This document shows, in pieces, positions 12,197 to 26,124 of a DNA stretch of 64,000 bases. Position 1 is the stretch's first letter, and each line of letters starts with the position of its first letter. The notes beneath the pieces were generated by a model. It was given only the letters and a program-made list of their open reading frames with translations, ran no database searches and was not told the origin of the DNA. The stretch lies in assembly GCA_964016885.1 (NCBI GenBank), contig OZ024743.1:193874001-193938000 (forward strand). The letters are read 5' to 3'. The position numbers were made by a program, and so were the translations under genes. The DNA comes from Eledone cirrhosa (lineage: Eukaryota).

Positions 12197-15100
12197 ATGG
12201 CGACTATACAAGTTGGATGTTTGAATGTACGTGGCCTTGGCATGCCCTGGAAACAGCTTTTAAATGACCTCAGGTCACAGTGTATAAATGTGATAGCCAT
12301 CACCGAGTCCAGGATTCACGTCAAGCAGCAGCTAACCCCCATGTTCGATGACTTTGAGATCTACGCATCTCTCTGTCAGCCAGGAGGTGGAGAGGGAGTT
12401 GCTGTTCTGTTTCGAAAAAACTTGGATCTCAAAGAACAGACGATCCACTTGGACCCGGAGGGCAGCTTGGGGGTCCTGGACGTGAATGGTAGTGAAGGTG
12501 GAGCTTTCAGACTGGTGGCCGTATATGCCCTGACTGGGACATCGCGACCAGAGTTCTTCAAGCGTCTGGAGCCATTCCTGGGAACGTCTCGCTCCTTAGT
12601 GTTAGCGGGGAACTAGAATGGCATCTTAGATGCACGTTGGGATTATGTAGGAGCTTGTGATAATAGAGGGGGGTGTAATAGCCTCAAAAATCTTATCAGC
12701 CAATTCCAACTGGCTGATAGATATCGACTAGACTTCCCAAGTGTACCAATGTGGACGTGGAGCAGCCGCACTGGGTCTTCTAGATCGTATTTAGATAGAT
12801 TTTTAATTAGACAGAATGATAAGGAAACATTAAGCTGTCCACAAATGCACATGGTTGACTATTCACACCACAAATTAGACACCCGCGTAGTCAACCTTAA
12901 TAGAACACACAGGCAGGGACCCGGATACTGAAAGCTAAACATGTCGCTTCCGGCACGTAAGGCCTACAGTAAACGGATTAGCACCTTAGTTAAGTGCCAG
13001 TTGACGGGGGCGATCGTCAACAACAGGCGGTGGAGCTCTCAGAAGAGAGCAATTAGAATAGAATCGATAGCATCTAGCAAGGAAGTAGCTTTAGAAAAAA
13101 ACAAAACCGAAAAGGGACTGGTAGCTAAAGTAGAAGAGGCACTTAGGAATGGCAGTACAGCTGACATGTTAGCGGCGATAACGGCACTAGACCAGTTCTT
13201 CAACGTGAAACACAAACGTTGTATTGTCAGAAGTAGAACACGTGCTCTAAGAAACGAGGGAGCCAAAGCTGTTAGCTGAGCCCGAGTGGCAGAGGCGAAA
13301 GTGGCAACAAATCCACAATTCGGTCCTTGCAAGACAAAGATAGACGCATTCTACTTGAATCCAAGCAGATGTGCACGGCCTTCCAGCAGCATTTTGCACA
13401 ACTGTTCGGACAAGGGAGGTGATGGACTTCAGCTCCTACTTCGACGGCGTACTACGACTCTCAAGCACGGATGCAGAGAGCTGCGAAAGGCCGATCACAG
13501 CGGGCGAAATAGAAGATGCCCTAGGCCACTGTGGGAAACTCAAATCACCCGGTCTAGATGGTCTACTCCATGAGATTTACATAGGCATGCCAGATTTGTT
13601 CTCTGGCGTCCTCGAAGCGGTCTACGGCAATTGGCAGCAGAACGGGAGGATTCCCAGTTCTGTAGGCAGAGGTCTAGTAACGCTGATCAGGAAAGATGAG
13701 AACAAGGGGGATGAAATAAGCAATTTCAGGCCCATAATTCTGCTGAAGACAGAGATAAAGATTTTGACCAAGGTGTTAGCAGCGCGGCTGGCGCTTGTCG
13801 TCGAGACCTGGTAGGGGAAGCGCAAACGTGTGCAATCCCGACCATGCGATACATCATAGAGAGGGTAGGGTGTAAACCTGGCTTCGGTGGGGCTCTGATC
13901 AATTTAGATCAGTCTAAGGCATTTGATAGGGACGACCATCAATACTTGGAAGCGGTTCTCAAGGCGGCCGGCTTCGGTCCCGTCTTCAGAGGCTGGATCA
14001 CTGCCATGCACACCTGCATCTGCTCGGCAGTCAAGGTGAATGGCTACCTATCGGAGCCATTCAAAATCATGCGTTCCATCCATCTGGGGTGCCACCTCTC
14101 CTCCATTCTGTAGGTACTGACTCTCGAGCCATTACTGCGGACGTTGGAGCTGTTGCAGGGCATCCCGATCGAACCAGGACTGCGGAAAGCAGGTTCGGCC
14201 TATTCCGACGTCATAACCGAAATGGTGTCGAAAACCTCGGGCATCGGGGAAATCGACAACCTATTGCAGGAATACGAAACGGTGACAGGAGCAAGACTAA
14301 ACCCAAACAAGTCTGTCGGTTTGCAACTAGGCACATGGAGAAGCAAACCCATGCCTTCCGACAGTGTCGTTGGACGCTGGACGGAAGGACCGGTGAAATT
14401 CCTCGGGGACTGGTTTGGTCCAGACCTCCAGGTGGACAAAAACTGGAACGAGGTCACAGCGAAGGTGTTTGCACTCACCTAGAAGTGGGCTGGGTGAAAA
14501 CTCTCCTTGAAAAGTCGAGCGGAGGTGGCGAACACTTACATAGCGTCGGTCATTTACTACCGCTTGACAGTCGTGCCTTGTCCCCGCGAATACCTCACCA
14601 CAATGAACGCCTACTCTTCAAGTTCCTCGGGAAGAAACAGGCTCCATTGGTGAGGAGATCTATCTGCTGTCAACACCCTTCTAACGGAGGGCTGGGCTTG
14701 CCGTGGCTGATGATGCGCAAACACGCGCTGAGGCGACGCCATCTCCAGGTGTTCCTGACCGGCGAACCGGTGTGGCTGTCGTTTGTGAGACGAGCTCTTC
14801 CACAACTCGTCTCACTAACAGAGCTGCAGTCTTGGGTCAAGCGAAGACCGAAAATGGGCGCCTGGAACCTCGAGTGCCTTCAGGCGCTCACAGCCCTCTA
14901 CCAAGCGGAACGGCAATCAGCGGAGACTCCACTTCGACATTCTATAGGGGATAAGTGCGACGACGTTCTCGAGGAAACTCTAGGCACCGAGGAGGACGAA
15001 CTGACCACTCTGTTCGGGAGGACTTTCCGTCCAGGGCCTATGTATAACTTCGATAGGTCTCTGTCCTCGAAGTGCTACCGAGGAGCTCTACCAGTTCGAG

Positions 15101-15567
15101 ACAAAATCTACAGCCACGGACTCCCTGGCAGAGATCCTGCCAAAAGGACCCGTCCAAGATGCGAGCAGGACATCGAAACCGTTCTGCCCGCAATTGTTCA
15201 GCGCCCAGGGGTGACCGACCTGTGCAATTATGTCGAACAGCTACTGTCACGCGTAGGACGCATCCAGTTGTCAGCCGAGTCCATCGGGAGGATCACCCCG
15301 CCGTCTTCATTTAAGAATGAAGGAGAGGCGGTTTTCCTCTGTCTGGTGGCTATGGCGAAAGAGGTAATATGGTGGATGAGGTTAAAAGGAGTGAGGGCAA
15401 GCACCTTTCTCTCCGGACAACAACCCATCCCCTTCTTTAAGTACCACTTCAGAAGGAAGGTGAGAGTGGAGAGAGAGGTGCTACACCCCAGTAAATTCGC
15501 TGAAAGGTGGGTGAATGTGGCGAAAATGGCCCGGGTGAATGGGCCTTCTTTGTATATAAACCTATAG
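12197..15567 (+). pseudogene. Tx1 ORF2 (APE endonuclease, reverse transcriptase), many stops and frameshifts
   Basis: LNVRGL, VYA, SYLDRF, KSPGLDGL, NFRPI, LDQSKAFD, degenerate YSDV, GGLGLP. Confidence 0.9.
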
Positions 15568-15809
15568 GTTGAGGAAGATAAAGAGAGGGAAGATGGGAAC
15601 ACCTACAAAACGTGTTCCTGGTGTTGAGGGTTGTTCTATCCACGGGGTGTAAAACAACCCCGCAGTAGCGTTACCCCCACCTAATGGGTATTTCAATTGT
15701 TTTATTTTTATATAGTTTATTGTTATTTATCATTGTTAAAGATTTTATGTAAAACCCCCGCTGCCACGTCTTGTAATGTCCTATTTTTGTACGCCCCTGT
15801 GGCAAATAA

Positions 15810-15842
<33 letters not shown>

Positions 15843-16639
15843 AGTATTGTATTATATTATTATCATAGATAAGTGCATATTCCATATCGTGATTCTGCCA
15901 CTACTTCATGTATGAAGACTCCTTGAATCAGGCTTGTAGATATAAAGTGACCAATGTTAAGAAAATATCAATGGCCAATATGTAGGACGAAGTCAAGGAT
16001 TTACTGATATATAGTTTCAACGAAATCAGTTCACCCAAACAAATCGAGATAGCCGATCACTATTTTGTTCACTTGTCATAAACAAGATCAATATTTGTAT
16101 CATGATTGACTTTAAAATATATAAATTATTGTTTGAATTACTTATTGGAGAGATCGATAAACGAATGTTTCAGTTAAACTTTTCCTTCGGAGTAAAGTAG
16201 TGAAGATAGAATTCCATGATGTAATTTCGTCTTTTTATATGTAAGCGTGTTAAAGAGGATAATGTAGAGATTCTGTACAATCAGGAAACAATGAATTAGC
16301 AAAGTCGTAAGAATATCGAATAGAATACTTTGCATCATTCGTTCCTACACTTTGAATTCAAGTCCCAGTGAGGTTAATTTTGCATTTCATCCATTTAAGG
16401 TCGATAAATAAAGCACCAATCCAGTACTGGAGTCGATTTCCATTTTATATCTCTTTCTAACTTCCTCTCTATCACTCCCGCTCTCCTTCACAAGAAGAAA
16501 TCGAGTGTGTTCAGAGCTGGAGGAGGAAGGGATCTGTCCAAGACACACTGTACATCACCATGCTTATTCAACCCCACCAGAATTTACTACTCCATACAAA
16601 TATACAACCAGGGTTGGAGGAGACATTTCAGAATTTAAA

Positions 16640-16790
16640 AAATGAGATCAGCCGTATTAGTTGGAGACGGTTGATTCTGACAAAAGTCACTGGAAGGAGT
16701 GTTTGAGGACTCTGCTCTCACGACCCTCTTCAGGAATAAGTGGGCAAAGAAGAAGAAGAAGAAGAAGAAGAAGAAGAAGAAGAAGAAGAA
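16640..16790 (+). mobile_element. RTE/Expander-like LINE 3' end with (GAA)n tail
   Basis: GTTTGAGGACTCTG..GACCCTC..GAATAAGTGGGC(GAA)n, shared with 24075-24350 and 62590-62935. Confidence 0.7.
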
Positions 16791-17923
16791 TTTGGTGATA
16801 AACAGTTAAACATTGGATTTGGTGAAAAGCTGTGAAGAGATAGTAAATACATTACAGATATAGGGCTTAATATATATAAATAAAAAAAGACAGTTATATC
16901 AGCAACATAAAGGTTGGATTTAATATGAATACGCTTGACAATTATAGAAAAAATTCATTTTCCTTCAGTTGCATGTAAAGGTGTATATAGTGTATATATG
17001 GAGTTAGTGTGTATATGGAAAATGTATTTCAAAATATTCAAATCATAGGCACGTATAAATGGTTTAAAATATGATTTCACTGACTTCTGTCGAAGTAACA
17101 TACATATAACTGACTGGACAATCACAATCAATCGGTTTCCTCCATATATACACAGAATAATCGAAACGGAAGCAGATTTTAGTAGTTAATTTCATCAATC
17201 AAAAGTATTGTTGAATTTATTTAGCATAATGGATGGGTTATTAAAACGTTGTAAAGAACATTCTTTTTTTCTTTCCTTATTCAATATTTTGTAGAATTAC
17301 AAAATGTATTTTAATAATTTTAACAGCACGCAATTGCCTTTGTATAATATTTGTTGTTCTACAGTCAGACCGTAATTTGTTCTATTAAACATATTCGTGC
17401 AACCTATTTTTAAATAGAGTTTTCCGATTATCTGCATGAAACAATTGTATAGTATGTTTTGATACCTTAAAAAAAAAAGAGAGACTTTCTTTCCTATTTC
17501 AGTTATGTTCAGATTTAAAGTTTTGACATAAGCACATCCGAATTTAATGACAAAGAATGAAAAATCACCGCTGAAATTTAAACCAATTAGATTCGAAATA
17601 TGGTGTGATGTGTATATTTGATCAGACATGCTATCATAACTAATGTTATTGATTGATTTTGTGATATTAAGGGAATTATACTTCTATATATTATTTTCCA
17701 AAGAAAATAGTGACAGTGACTTCGAAGTTTCGGCATTTATTTAAAATAACAGATTAAAGAATCGCTGTTTCAGAAGATCCCGTTAAGGGTGAAAGCAGCG
17801 ATTCTTTGCTTAAACTTTAATCTGTTATTTTAATAAATATTTGCTCTACGGTTCTTATATATTTGATATATATTTATCCTTATCAAGCCCTCTTTGGATT
17901 TTAGTCTTTAAATTTATTACTAT

Positions 17924-17977
<54 letters not shown>

Positions 17978-18556
17978 GATCTTTAAAACATGTACAAAAA
18001 TTGATGTTAGCAAAGCCTACTTTCTCCGTTTTGGATTATCAAAACATTTGTTGTTGCCATATATATAATTATTAAAACGCATAAATCAATATTAAGGCAT
18101 TCAGTTCTTTAAAAAGTACTGAGAATCAGGAGACTATTGCATCGTGAGAAGAATTCTGTACATGTGTTATGCGGATTGTTATTGTGATAGAGATCATTCA
18201 ATATCCACAATTTTCAGGCATTGTATAATCTACAGGTTTTCAGCCCATTTATGTATGGTTTATATACGTTCGGCTGGCGCCCGGCTAGGTATACCGGCAT
18301 TTTATCTTTCAGGACCCCCCCCCCCCCCACACACACACTCTAGTGCAAAGATGCCGGACGCCCTCTCAAGTCAGCGGGGGAGTTAACGTGCTCTGATGTT
18401 GGGTTTGAATAGTTTTAGGATTCCCCAGTTCAGCAGCCAGTACGTTAAAGAAAATTGATAGTTACAACAATAAAGGCTGAACAGAGAACACATTTTTTAA
18501 CAAACAATAATTTGTACAACCATAATGGAAATTCCAAGTAACAGAAAATATTTAAA

Positions 18557-19135
18557 TTACATTGTTAGAGCGTCAGAATATACAATATTTTTTGTTCGGC
18601 CCTCAGGAGCAAAGATGAAGAGATTGTTTGGCGAGCTCACCATAGAGCATCCTACATACAATTGACCATGGGAGAAACACTGATCTCGTAGCTCGTCTCG
18701 TGGAGAGGCTCTGTAGACGTTGACCTCTGGACACTCCTGTCAGGAGCAGGTAAGCTCTAGTGACTTAGAGGCCTACCACCAATCTCCAGGACACTGTTTT
18801 CGAGACAATTGAGCGCCTCATTGAAAACGACATCGTTTGTTACGTTCGGATTGTGTCTGCGTGTACGGTGGAAGATGCCTTCAGCTAGACTTTCTCTCTT
18901 TCGCAAGAGGGTCGGCGAGATCGCAGTTGTGCAGCATAATAGCAAAAAGTTTTCGCAGCTGAGAAGGGATTTAGGAGTTGCTGCTTATTGCAGAGTGAGG
19001 TGCCAATGGCTGTCATCGTGTAACATACCACGCATCTGTCAAGCCAAACGGTAAGTGGAACATTTATGGTTCTCAGATCTTGGAAAGACTGAGGTCTTCT
19101 AACAGCAAACAGTAACAATGACGATAAGCTGTCTG
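18557..19135 (-). pseudogene. Helitron Rep/Pif1-helicase remnant with internal deletion
   Basis: LLFAVRRPQSFQDLRTIN and NEALNCLENSVLEIGGRPLSH (Rep-helicase linker) joined to CFSHGQLYVGCS...TKNIVY (Pif1 C-terminus). Confidence 0.85.
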
Positions 19136-19681
19136 TGCTTTCGTGAAATAAATAGGTTTTTGTTTTTGTATATGCAAAAATATCTGTACATAAATATATA
19201 TATTAAAATAACAGATTAAAGTTTAAGCAAAGAATCACTGCTTTCACCATTAACGGGATCTTCTGAAACTTAAAAAATCAGTCTGTGAACGCAAAAGTAA
19301 ATATTTCGAAAAACGTTATCTAATCCAGACATACAGACTAAGAAAAAAGGAGAATGTTGTGCGACGTCATAAGAATAAGTGAGGAATTACGTATAACCGG
19401 AAGTGTTGACATTTGAAATTTTACATCTTTTAAATCTATAGTGCAAATTTGGTGCTGTTTGGTCCAGCCGTTTGGCGGAAAGTTTGTTACCTACATACGG
19501 CCGTCAGCTTTATAGTATAATATATGTATATATATTTTTGTTTTTTTTGTTTTGCGAGGTTTTTGATATGAAATCGTGTGTCGAAACAAATGTTGTTATA
19601 CTTGGGAAGGGTCATATTGTTGTAATAATATTGTGTAAATATGGCGTAAACACAACACAATAGGAGGAAACATGATAATAG

Positions 19682-19725
19682 TAGCACTGATGATGTTGCA
19701 GATGTGCAACGAAAGAACTTTGTTA
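19682..19725 (+). ncRNA. Minimal hammerhead ribozyme motif
   Basis: TAGCA-CTGATGA-T-GTTGCA(GATG)TGCAAC-GAAA-GAAC-TT-TGTTA; stems I and II pair. Confidence 0.6.
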
Positions 19726-19880
19726 GACTATATATATATATATATATATATTTATATCTGTATTTTTAACCGTTGGTCAGTCAATGGTAAACATTGATTG
19801 TCAAATAAATTAACTATGGAGATATAAATGATGCAGAAGCGAAAACCAACCAAACAGTGAATGTGTTCTGTTATTATTTC

Positions 19881-20036
19881 TGAGTTCAAATCCCGCCGAG
19901 GTTAACTTTGCCTTTCATCCTGCCGGGGTCGATAGAATAAAGTACCAGTAATGTATTAGGTAATTGCTGGCCTTGTGCCAAAAGTAGAAACAATTATTTC
20001 TGGCAATATTACAACAATCTGACCCTCCCCAACTAT

Positions 20037-20078
<42 letters not shown>

Positions 20079-20398
20079 GATAATAATAATGACTGTTCCT
20101 ACTTTTGGCACAAGGCCAGCAATTATACCTGTGTATTACAGGTACTTTGTTTTATCGACCCTGTAAAGATGAAAGGCAAAGTTAACCTGGTCGGGATTTG
20201 AACTCATAATAGAGGGGCTTAACTATGCTGCAATGCATGGCGTCCGACCCTCTACCGATACTGCCAATACACCGCAATAATAATAATTGTTTCTATTTTT
20301 GGTACAAACCCACCAATTATCGCAGTACATTACTGGTACTTTATTTTATCGACCACGTAAGGATGAAAGGCAAAGTTAACCTCGGTGGGATTTGAGTC
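19881..20398. mobile_element. Cluster of three family A SINEs (19881-19998 +; about 20088-20275 -; about 20284-20398 -)
   Basis: Core motif present on both strands. Confidence 0.85.
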
Positions 20399-20531
20399 TA
20401 ATAATAATGATAATAATAATAAAAAGGATGTTTTGTTATGTCTTCATTATGTTTATTGAGTAGTGACGCTATTGATCAGCTCAAGGTTCGATCTGTGAGC
20501 CCACAATAACTGGACGTTACAACCTATCTCC

Positions 20532-20643
<112 letters not shown>

Positions 20644-20789
20644 AAAACTACACACTGATTGGTCGAAATACAGTTTACAGGGCTTTGCATTCTGAAGCCA
20701 CTTTTCTCTGTATAAAATGTATAAAAGGTAGTAAATTTACCCATCTCATTACAGTTGAAAATTGCAAACTCGACTGTCACCACATATCA

Positions 20790-20828
20790 TGAACCTGAAG
20801 ATTGCGAAAGCATGAAAGTACTTGTTCA
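20790..20828 (+). ncRNA. Minimal hammerhead ribozyme motif
   Basis: TGAAC-CTGAAGA-T-TGC(GAAA)GCA-T-GAAA-GTAC-TT-GTTCA; palindromic AAGTACTT at stem III. Confidence 0.6.
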
Positions 20829-20944
20829 ATTAACACTTAGAATTTAATATTCTATCATACTATTTCATTATAATACCATATTATATATATTTTAAAGGAT
20901 TGTAAATAAAACGAGTAAATCAGACAAAGTTGGAATTCCTCTTA

Positions 20945-21002
<58 letters not shown>

Positions 21003-21361
21003 ATGTTTCTGATCTGTATATTACCGAAAAGGGAAGCAAACCGGGAGAGACCAAAGTATGGTGCCAACCGGGACCTGGAATACCAGAACATTTTGGGAAA
21101 TTTAGATGTGTCTTTGCACATATAAACTTGCACATATCAACTCGCATATCTGACGAAATATCGAAAAAGAGCCAGGCACGTCCCCTTTATTGTACCCTGG
21201 GCTGATCGATAGCGAAACAATTGTAATATCCAAATAAAGTGTGTACATATGCTGCAACACTGATTTCGATTCTTTTAAATCTCTCTCCCTTTTAAATCTC
21301 TCTCACAATCATATATATATATTTACATATATATATATGATTGCGAGTGTGTCTATACAGA

Positions 21362-21392
<31 letters not shown>

Positions 21393-21847
21393 CATCCCCA
21401 CCACCACCACCACCACCACACACACAGACAGACACACGCACGCGTGTGTATGTGTGTGTATTTAATATTCCACTGTGATTATTATCAACATTATGATTAG
21501 TGTTTCTGATCGGAATATTATCGACAAGGGAAGCAAATTTGGAGAAATGGGAGAGTATGGACCTAAAGGGTTAGCAGCAGAGAGTTTTTGTTCAATTATA
21601 TTCTGAGTTCAAACGCTATTTCAGTCCACTTAGACTTTCATCTCTTCCACGTCGCTAATATTACTACAAACGATATTATGGTATCGATTTAATGACTCTA
21701 CAATCCACCTCTTTCAGATATAGGCTTTGTCATAATGGTTTCTAATTTAGATAGAAAGCCAGTAATTTTTGCGGAAGCGAGAGTCGATTAAATCACCTCA
21801 GTAGTTTACTGGTGCATTATTTTAACGACCCCTAGATGGATAAAGGA

Positions 21848-22930
21848 CAGCGAATTGGCAAAGTCGTTATAACGTCGGATAGAATGCTCTGTGGTATTCG
21901 TTTTGGCTTTCTGGTCTCTGAGTTCAAATCCCACCGAGGTCAATGTTACCTTTCATCAATTCAAGGTCAATAAAAAAAGTACCAGTAGAGTACTGGGTAG
22001 AGTACTCTATCTCTCTTTCTCACTGCCTTCCTGTCACTCTCTCTATTCTTCTCCGGAAGAAATCTACTGTATTCAGACCTGGAGAGGAGATGGGCTCCAC
22101 CAGGTTTTAAAATACCCTAGAAACGCCGTGTATCATTATGACGTCCCTACGATTTTCTAAGGAGTTACGGGACCAAACAGCAAGATGGATGAACGGTTTT
22201 GTCATAATGATTGTTTCTACAATAGGTACAAACTCAGAAATTTGGGGTATGAGCTAAGTCGATTATATCGACCCTACTACCTGACTGATAATTCATATTA
22301 TCGATCTCGGAAGGATGAAAGTTTAGGTTTGCCTCTGTGGGGTTTGAGATCATAACGTAAAGGGTGGAAACGAAATATTGTATTGCATTTCATCTGACGC
22401 ACTAAGGTTTCTTATATAGGCACAGGTCAACAAGTTTGTGCGTTACTGGTACTATATTTTATCGACCTCGTAAGGATGGAAGCCAAAGGTAAACTCGGCG
22501 GGATTTGAACTTAGAACGTAAAGGGACGTAACTATATGGCGTAAAGTATGTTATCTGATGCTCTACCGATTTGGCCAATCCACCACCTTAAGCTTTATCA
22601 TAATAATAGTTTCGGATTTAGGCACTAGGCCAAACATTTAGGGAAGGGGAAAGTTGATTAAATCTACCCCAGTGCGTTACTGGAACTTTATTTTATCGAC
22701 CTCACCAATCCGCCCCTGCCTATCCACCTCCCAACGATTTCTCATAATAATTGTTTCTACATTTGGAACAAGGCCAGCAATTACCCAGTGCATTATTCGA
22801 ACTTTATTTTATCGATCCCGTAAGGATGAAAGACAAAGTAACCTCGGCGGGATTTGAACTCAGACTGTAAAAGGACGTAACTGCTGGAAAGCATGGCGTC
22901 TGACCCTCTACCGATACTGCCAAGCCACCG
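21848..22930. mobile_element. SINE family A cluster (one + copy at about 21848-21997; four - copies at about 22210-22930)
   Basis: Repeated TTTTATCGACC..GGATGAAAGGCAAAG..GGGATTTGAACT. Confidence 0.8.
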
Positions 22931-23671
22931 ATCATTATTATGAATATTGTATTAAAAAGTCTGTAAATTCAGTTTGATACAATTAGGAAGGCAGTCACTC
23001 GGTAAACGACATTAAATCATAGTATCACAACTGTGACTAGGTTTTATAAAACGTTTAAATTACGAAGACTTGCTTTATATCAGAAAATATTTCATAATGT
23101 ATATATATTTATGTAGTGTTGGTGTTTGTTGAGTTCTTCTAAAGTTGAATTGCTACTTTAAATGGCATATGTAAAGAACGAAGTTGTTGAGTGCGTTCAT
23201 TTGTTAAGGATAATCCTCGTAACATTCGGAAAACAGCTGAGAGCTTTTGGAGGATTAGTTTATTAGACATACCCTGAAGCATATCACAATATATGGTCTG
23301 GATTTCCAAGAAGTATTCGCTTTACTATAGTAGATGATCTGTGTATATACATATACATATATGCTGTAGAGTAGGTTTTATATTTTGTATAGGAAAGAAT
23401 AATGTGTATAAAAACATAGAAGTTCAACAAGCCAGTGCGTATGTCGGTTTCATTTGCATTAAGTCTGTTAGTGCTAATTTTCGTGGGATTAAAGAGTTAA
23501 ACCTCACCCCGTCCAACTAGTGTTGACACTCATTGTTTCAGCTGAATGAATTGAGGCTACATAAAATTGAATCTTTTTCTCAAAGTGTACCACGCGGTCC
23601 GGGAATTGAAACCGCGGTCTTAACCCCTAGGATTATGCGCCTTCACAATTTTGTATATGTAAGGTAAAATC

Positions 23672-23990
23672 AGAAGGCGCGTGGCCTATTGGTAAGGAGG
23701 TTAGACTAACAATCATAATAATTGTTTCTACTTTAGGCACAAGGCCAGCAATTACCCAGTGCATTACTGGTACTTTATTTTATCGACCCCGTAAGGATGA
23801 AAGGCAAAGTCAACCTGAGTTAGATTGATTTCCTGTTGCTGTAATAAACTCAGCTGAATGTGAGTACCAGCAGTAGCTGGGGGTTAACTCTGCGACGGAC
23901 TAGCGCAGTGTCTAGGGATGGATGGGTGGGGAGTTGGAGCTTTATATTCTTAGTCGCTTAACGCCAATGAAACCGGGATAAGTAGCGGCT
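23672..23990 (+). mobile_element. Second tRNA-headed SINE type, interrupted by a family A SINE (- strand, about 23718-23816)
   Basis: Head AGGCGCGTGGCCTATTGGTAAGG; body CTCAGCTGAATGTGAGTACCAGC...GAAACCGGGATAAG. Confidence 0.6.
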
Positions 23991-24074
23991 TAGTTAGTTT
24001 CCGTGCTTGGGGAAAAAGGGAAAATATGGAAATCGAAGAAAGGAGAGGTAGTTTAAGTGTGTTTGTATAAACGC

Positions 24075-24350
24075 TACTCGATAGAGTGCGTAGCTCGGAG
24101 ATGAGAGAGTGACTCCAGGTAGAGCTGCTACTTCTCCGAATTGAGAGATCACAGCTCCGATACTATGTGCTTGAGGTTAGAATGTTTGAAGGAATGTTTG
24201 AGGACTCTGTCCCCGAGACCCTCTCATGAATACGTGGGCGAGGAAGAAGAAGAAGAAGAAGAAGAAGAAGAAGAAGAAGAAGAAGAAGAAGAAGAAGAAG
24301 AAGAAGAAGAAGAAGAAGAAGAAGAAGAAGAAGAAGAAGAAGAAGAAGAA
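24075..24350 (+). mobile_element. RTE/Expander-like 3' fragment, internally deleted, with (GAA)n tail
   Basis: Encodes LLDRVRSSEMRE..LQVELLLLRIERSQLR. Confidence 0.75.
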
Positions 24351-25559
24351 TTTGGTGATAAACAGTTAAAAATTTGATTCGTTGAAAAACTGTGAAGAGA
24401 TAGTAAATACATTACAGATATATGGCTTAATATATATAAATAAAAAATCATAGTAATATCAGCAACATAAAGGTTGGATTTAATATGAATACGCTTGACA
24501 ATTCTAGAAAAAATTCATTTTCCTTCAGTTGCATGTAAAGGTTGCATTCACATTATTAAAACAATTAAAATTGCAGTTTCATATTTCATACACTGAATAA
24601 TCACAAAGTGTTCAGGATATTACATCGTGTTTTCATTTTGGCCTTTCAGCTGCTCGCTTTTATATATGAAACATATTACGATAGGAATGCTATTTTTGTT
24701 ATTAAAACTCGCATTTGACAATATTACGGTCACTAGATTCATGCTTGCGAGGACATCAAGAGGGATAAAATCTATTTTCAACAGACTTCTTTAATATTAT
24801 GCAACTGTTGACATTTGCAGCATCTCTAACCATATACCCAGGAGACATTTTTAACTGACCTGAAGCCAATCTCCTTATAACCAAAGAGGTTTTGATTAAC
24901 GCTAAAAATACAATCAGACGTTTTGTCGGTTTTATGAATAGTGTTTCAAACTCTTATGGTTGGTTGGAATTTCCGGATATTGAGTTTTGATTATTTCCAT
25001 CAGTTTGTGGTTCTGCATAGTTTCGAAATGTTAGAGAATATAATAAATAAAACCGTTCTTTTCAGTGAGGGCAATGTCATCTGACAAGAGTCAGCGAGCG
25101 ATTGAGAAGGTGATTCATGGTGATATTATCACCTTTAATGTTGAAAAAGGAAAAATTGATCTTTATACTTGAATTGAATTCAAAGTCGATTGAACTACGA
25201 TTTATTTCTTTGGTATCTAATATGTCACTTTTAGCTCTCTTCACCTTATCAACAATATAAAGTTAATAATATATTCTTATCATCGATGTAAACTTTCTTT
25301 TATTTGCAGCTGTTTGTATAATGAAATCCAAGTTTACAATTTAAATTTGGATAACTTCACTCTCAATAAATTTATTATATTCTTTAGTTAAATGAATCCG
25401 TTTTTCGCCTATTTAGTAATAAATAACAACCTAGAAATATTATACTGTACAATTACGTTATCATAATCGTAATGATCTCACTGCAATAAGGCATGCTTAT
25501 CAAAAACAAACAAACGTTGGCTTGGTAATATGTTCATCAACAAATTTACAGTTTACACC

Positions 25560-25939
25560 TATTCTCTGGTATGGAATTATCGTCCCCCTCCTGCTTATTA
25601 ATTTTTCAGCCCCACCCCCACTTATTAAATTTTTCTAATCTATCTCCGGCGAAATTTTATTTTAAGTGGTAGCCTTCATGCGACAATTAATTTTCTTTAG
25701 ACATTAAAAAAACATAATACATGACAAAAAAAGAGCATTACAAGAAATCGCAAAATAAATAGGACGGGTTGGGGGGTCTCAATATGTAAATTAAACGACT
25801 AATTCTTATTTTTGTAAAAAAAAATCAACGGAGACAACCTACAAAAATTACCGAACCTCCTTGCTTATTCCAATCCCTCGCTTATTACATCCACCCCGTT
25901 TATTCCAGCCCCCGCCCTAGCATTTGGGACCTGTGAGTA
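25560..25939. mobile_element. Possible decayed non-autonomous DNA transposon (MITE)
   Basis: Imperfect terminal inverted match (TATTCTCTGGT vs reverse complement TACTCACAGGT) and internal CCCC..GCTTATT subrepeats. Confidence 0.35.
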
Positions 25940-26124
25940 TGCAGGTTTAACTGGCTTCCTATAAGGTTGCTTCGCATAGGTTTCTCGGATATTTTAATGA
26001 TAGCATAAAAAGGAACGCAAAATGAAGCTTCTTGCTCAAGAACACAATGCGCTATGCACTCTAACTACTAAATTATACAACTTCACATCAACAAACCACG
26101 GTAATAGGTAAAGTTAATATTAGA

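Larger units (their letters stand above)
9761..15812 (+). mobile_element. Near full-length, inactivated Tx1/L1-clade non-LTR retrotransposon inside (TA)n
   Basis: ORF1 with CCHC knuckle, ORF2 with APE plus RT, and a 3'UTR ending AATAAAG; (TA)n on both sides. Confidence 0.88.

Noticed and set aside
17770-17805. Hammerhead-like CAGAAGA-TCCC..GGGT-GAAAG
   Set aside because: Core is CAGA rather than CUGA, and there is no valid stem III, UH site or stem I.
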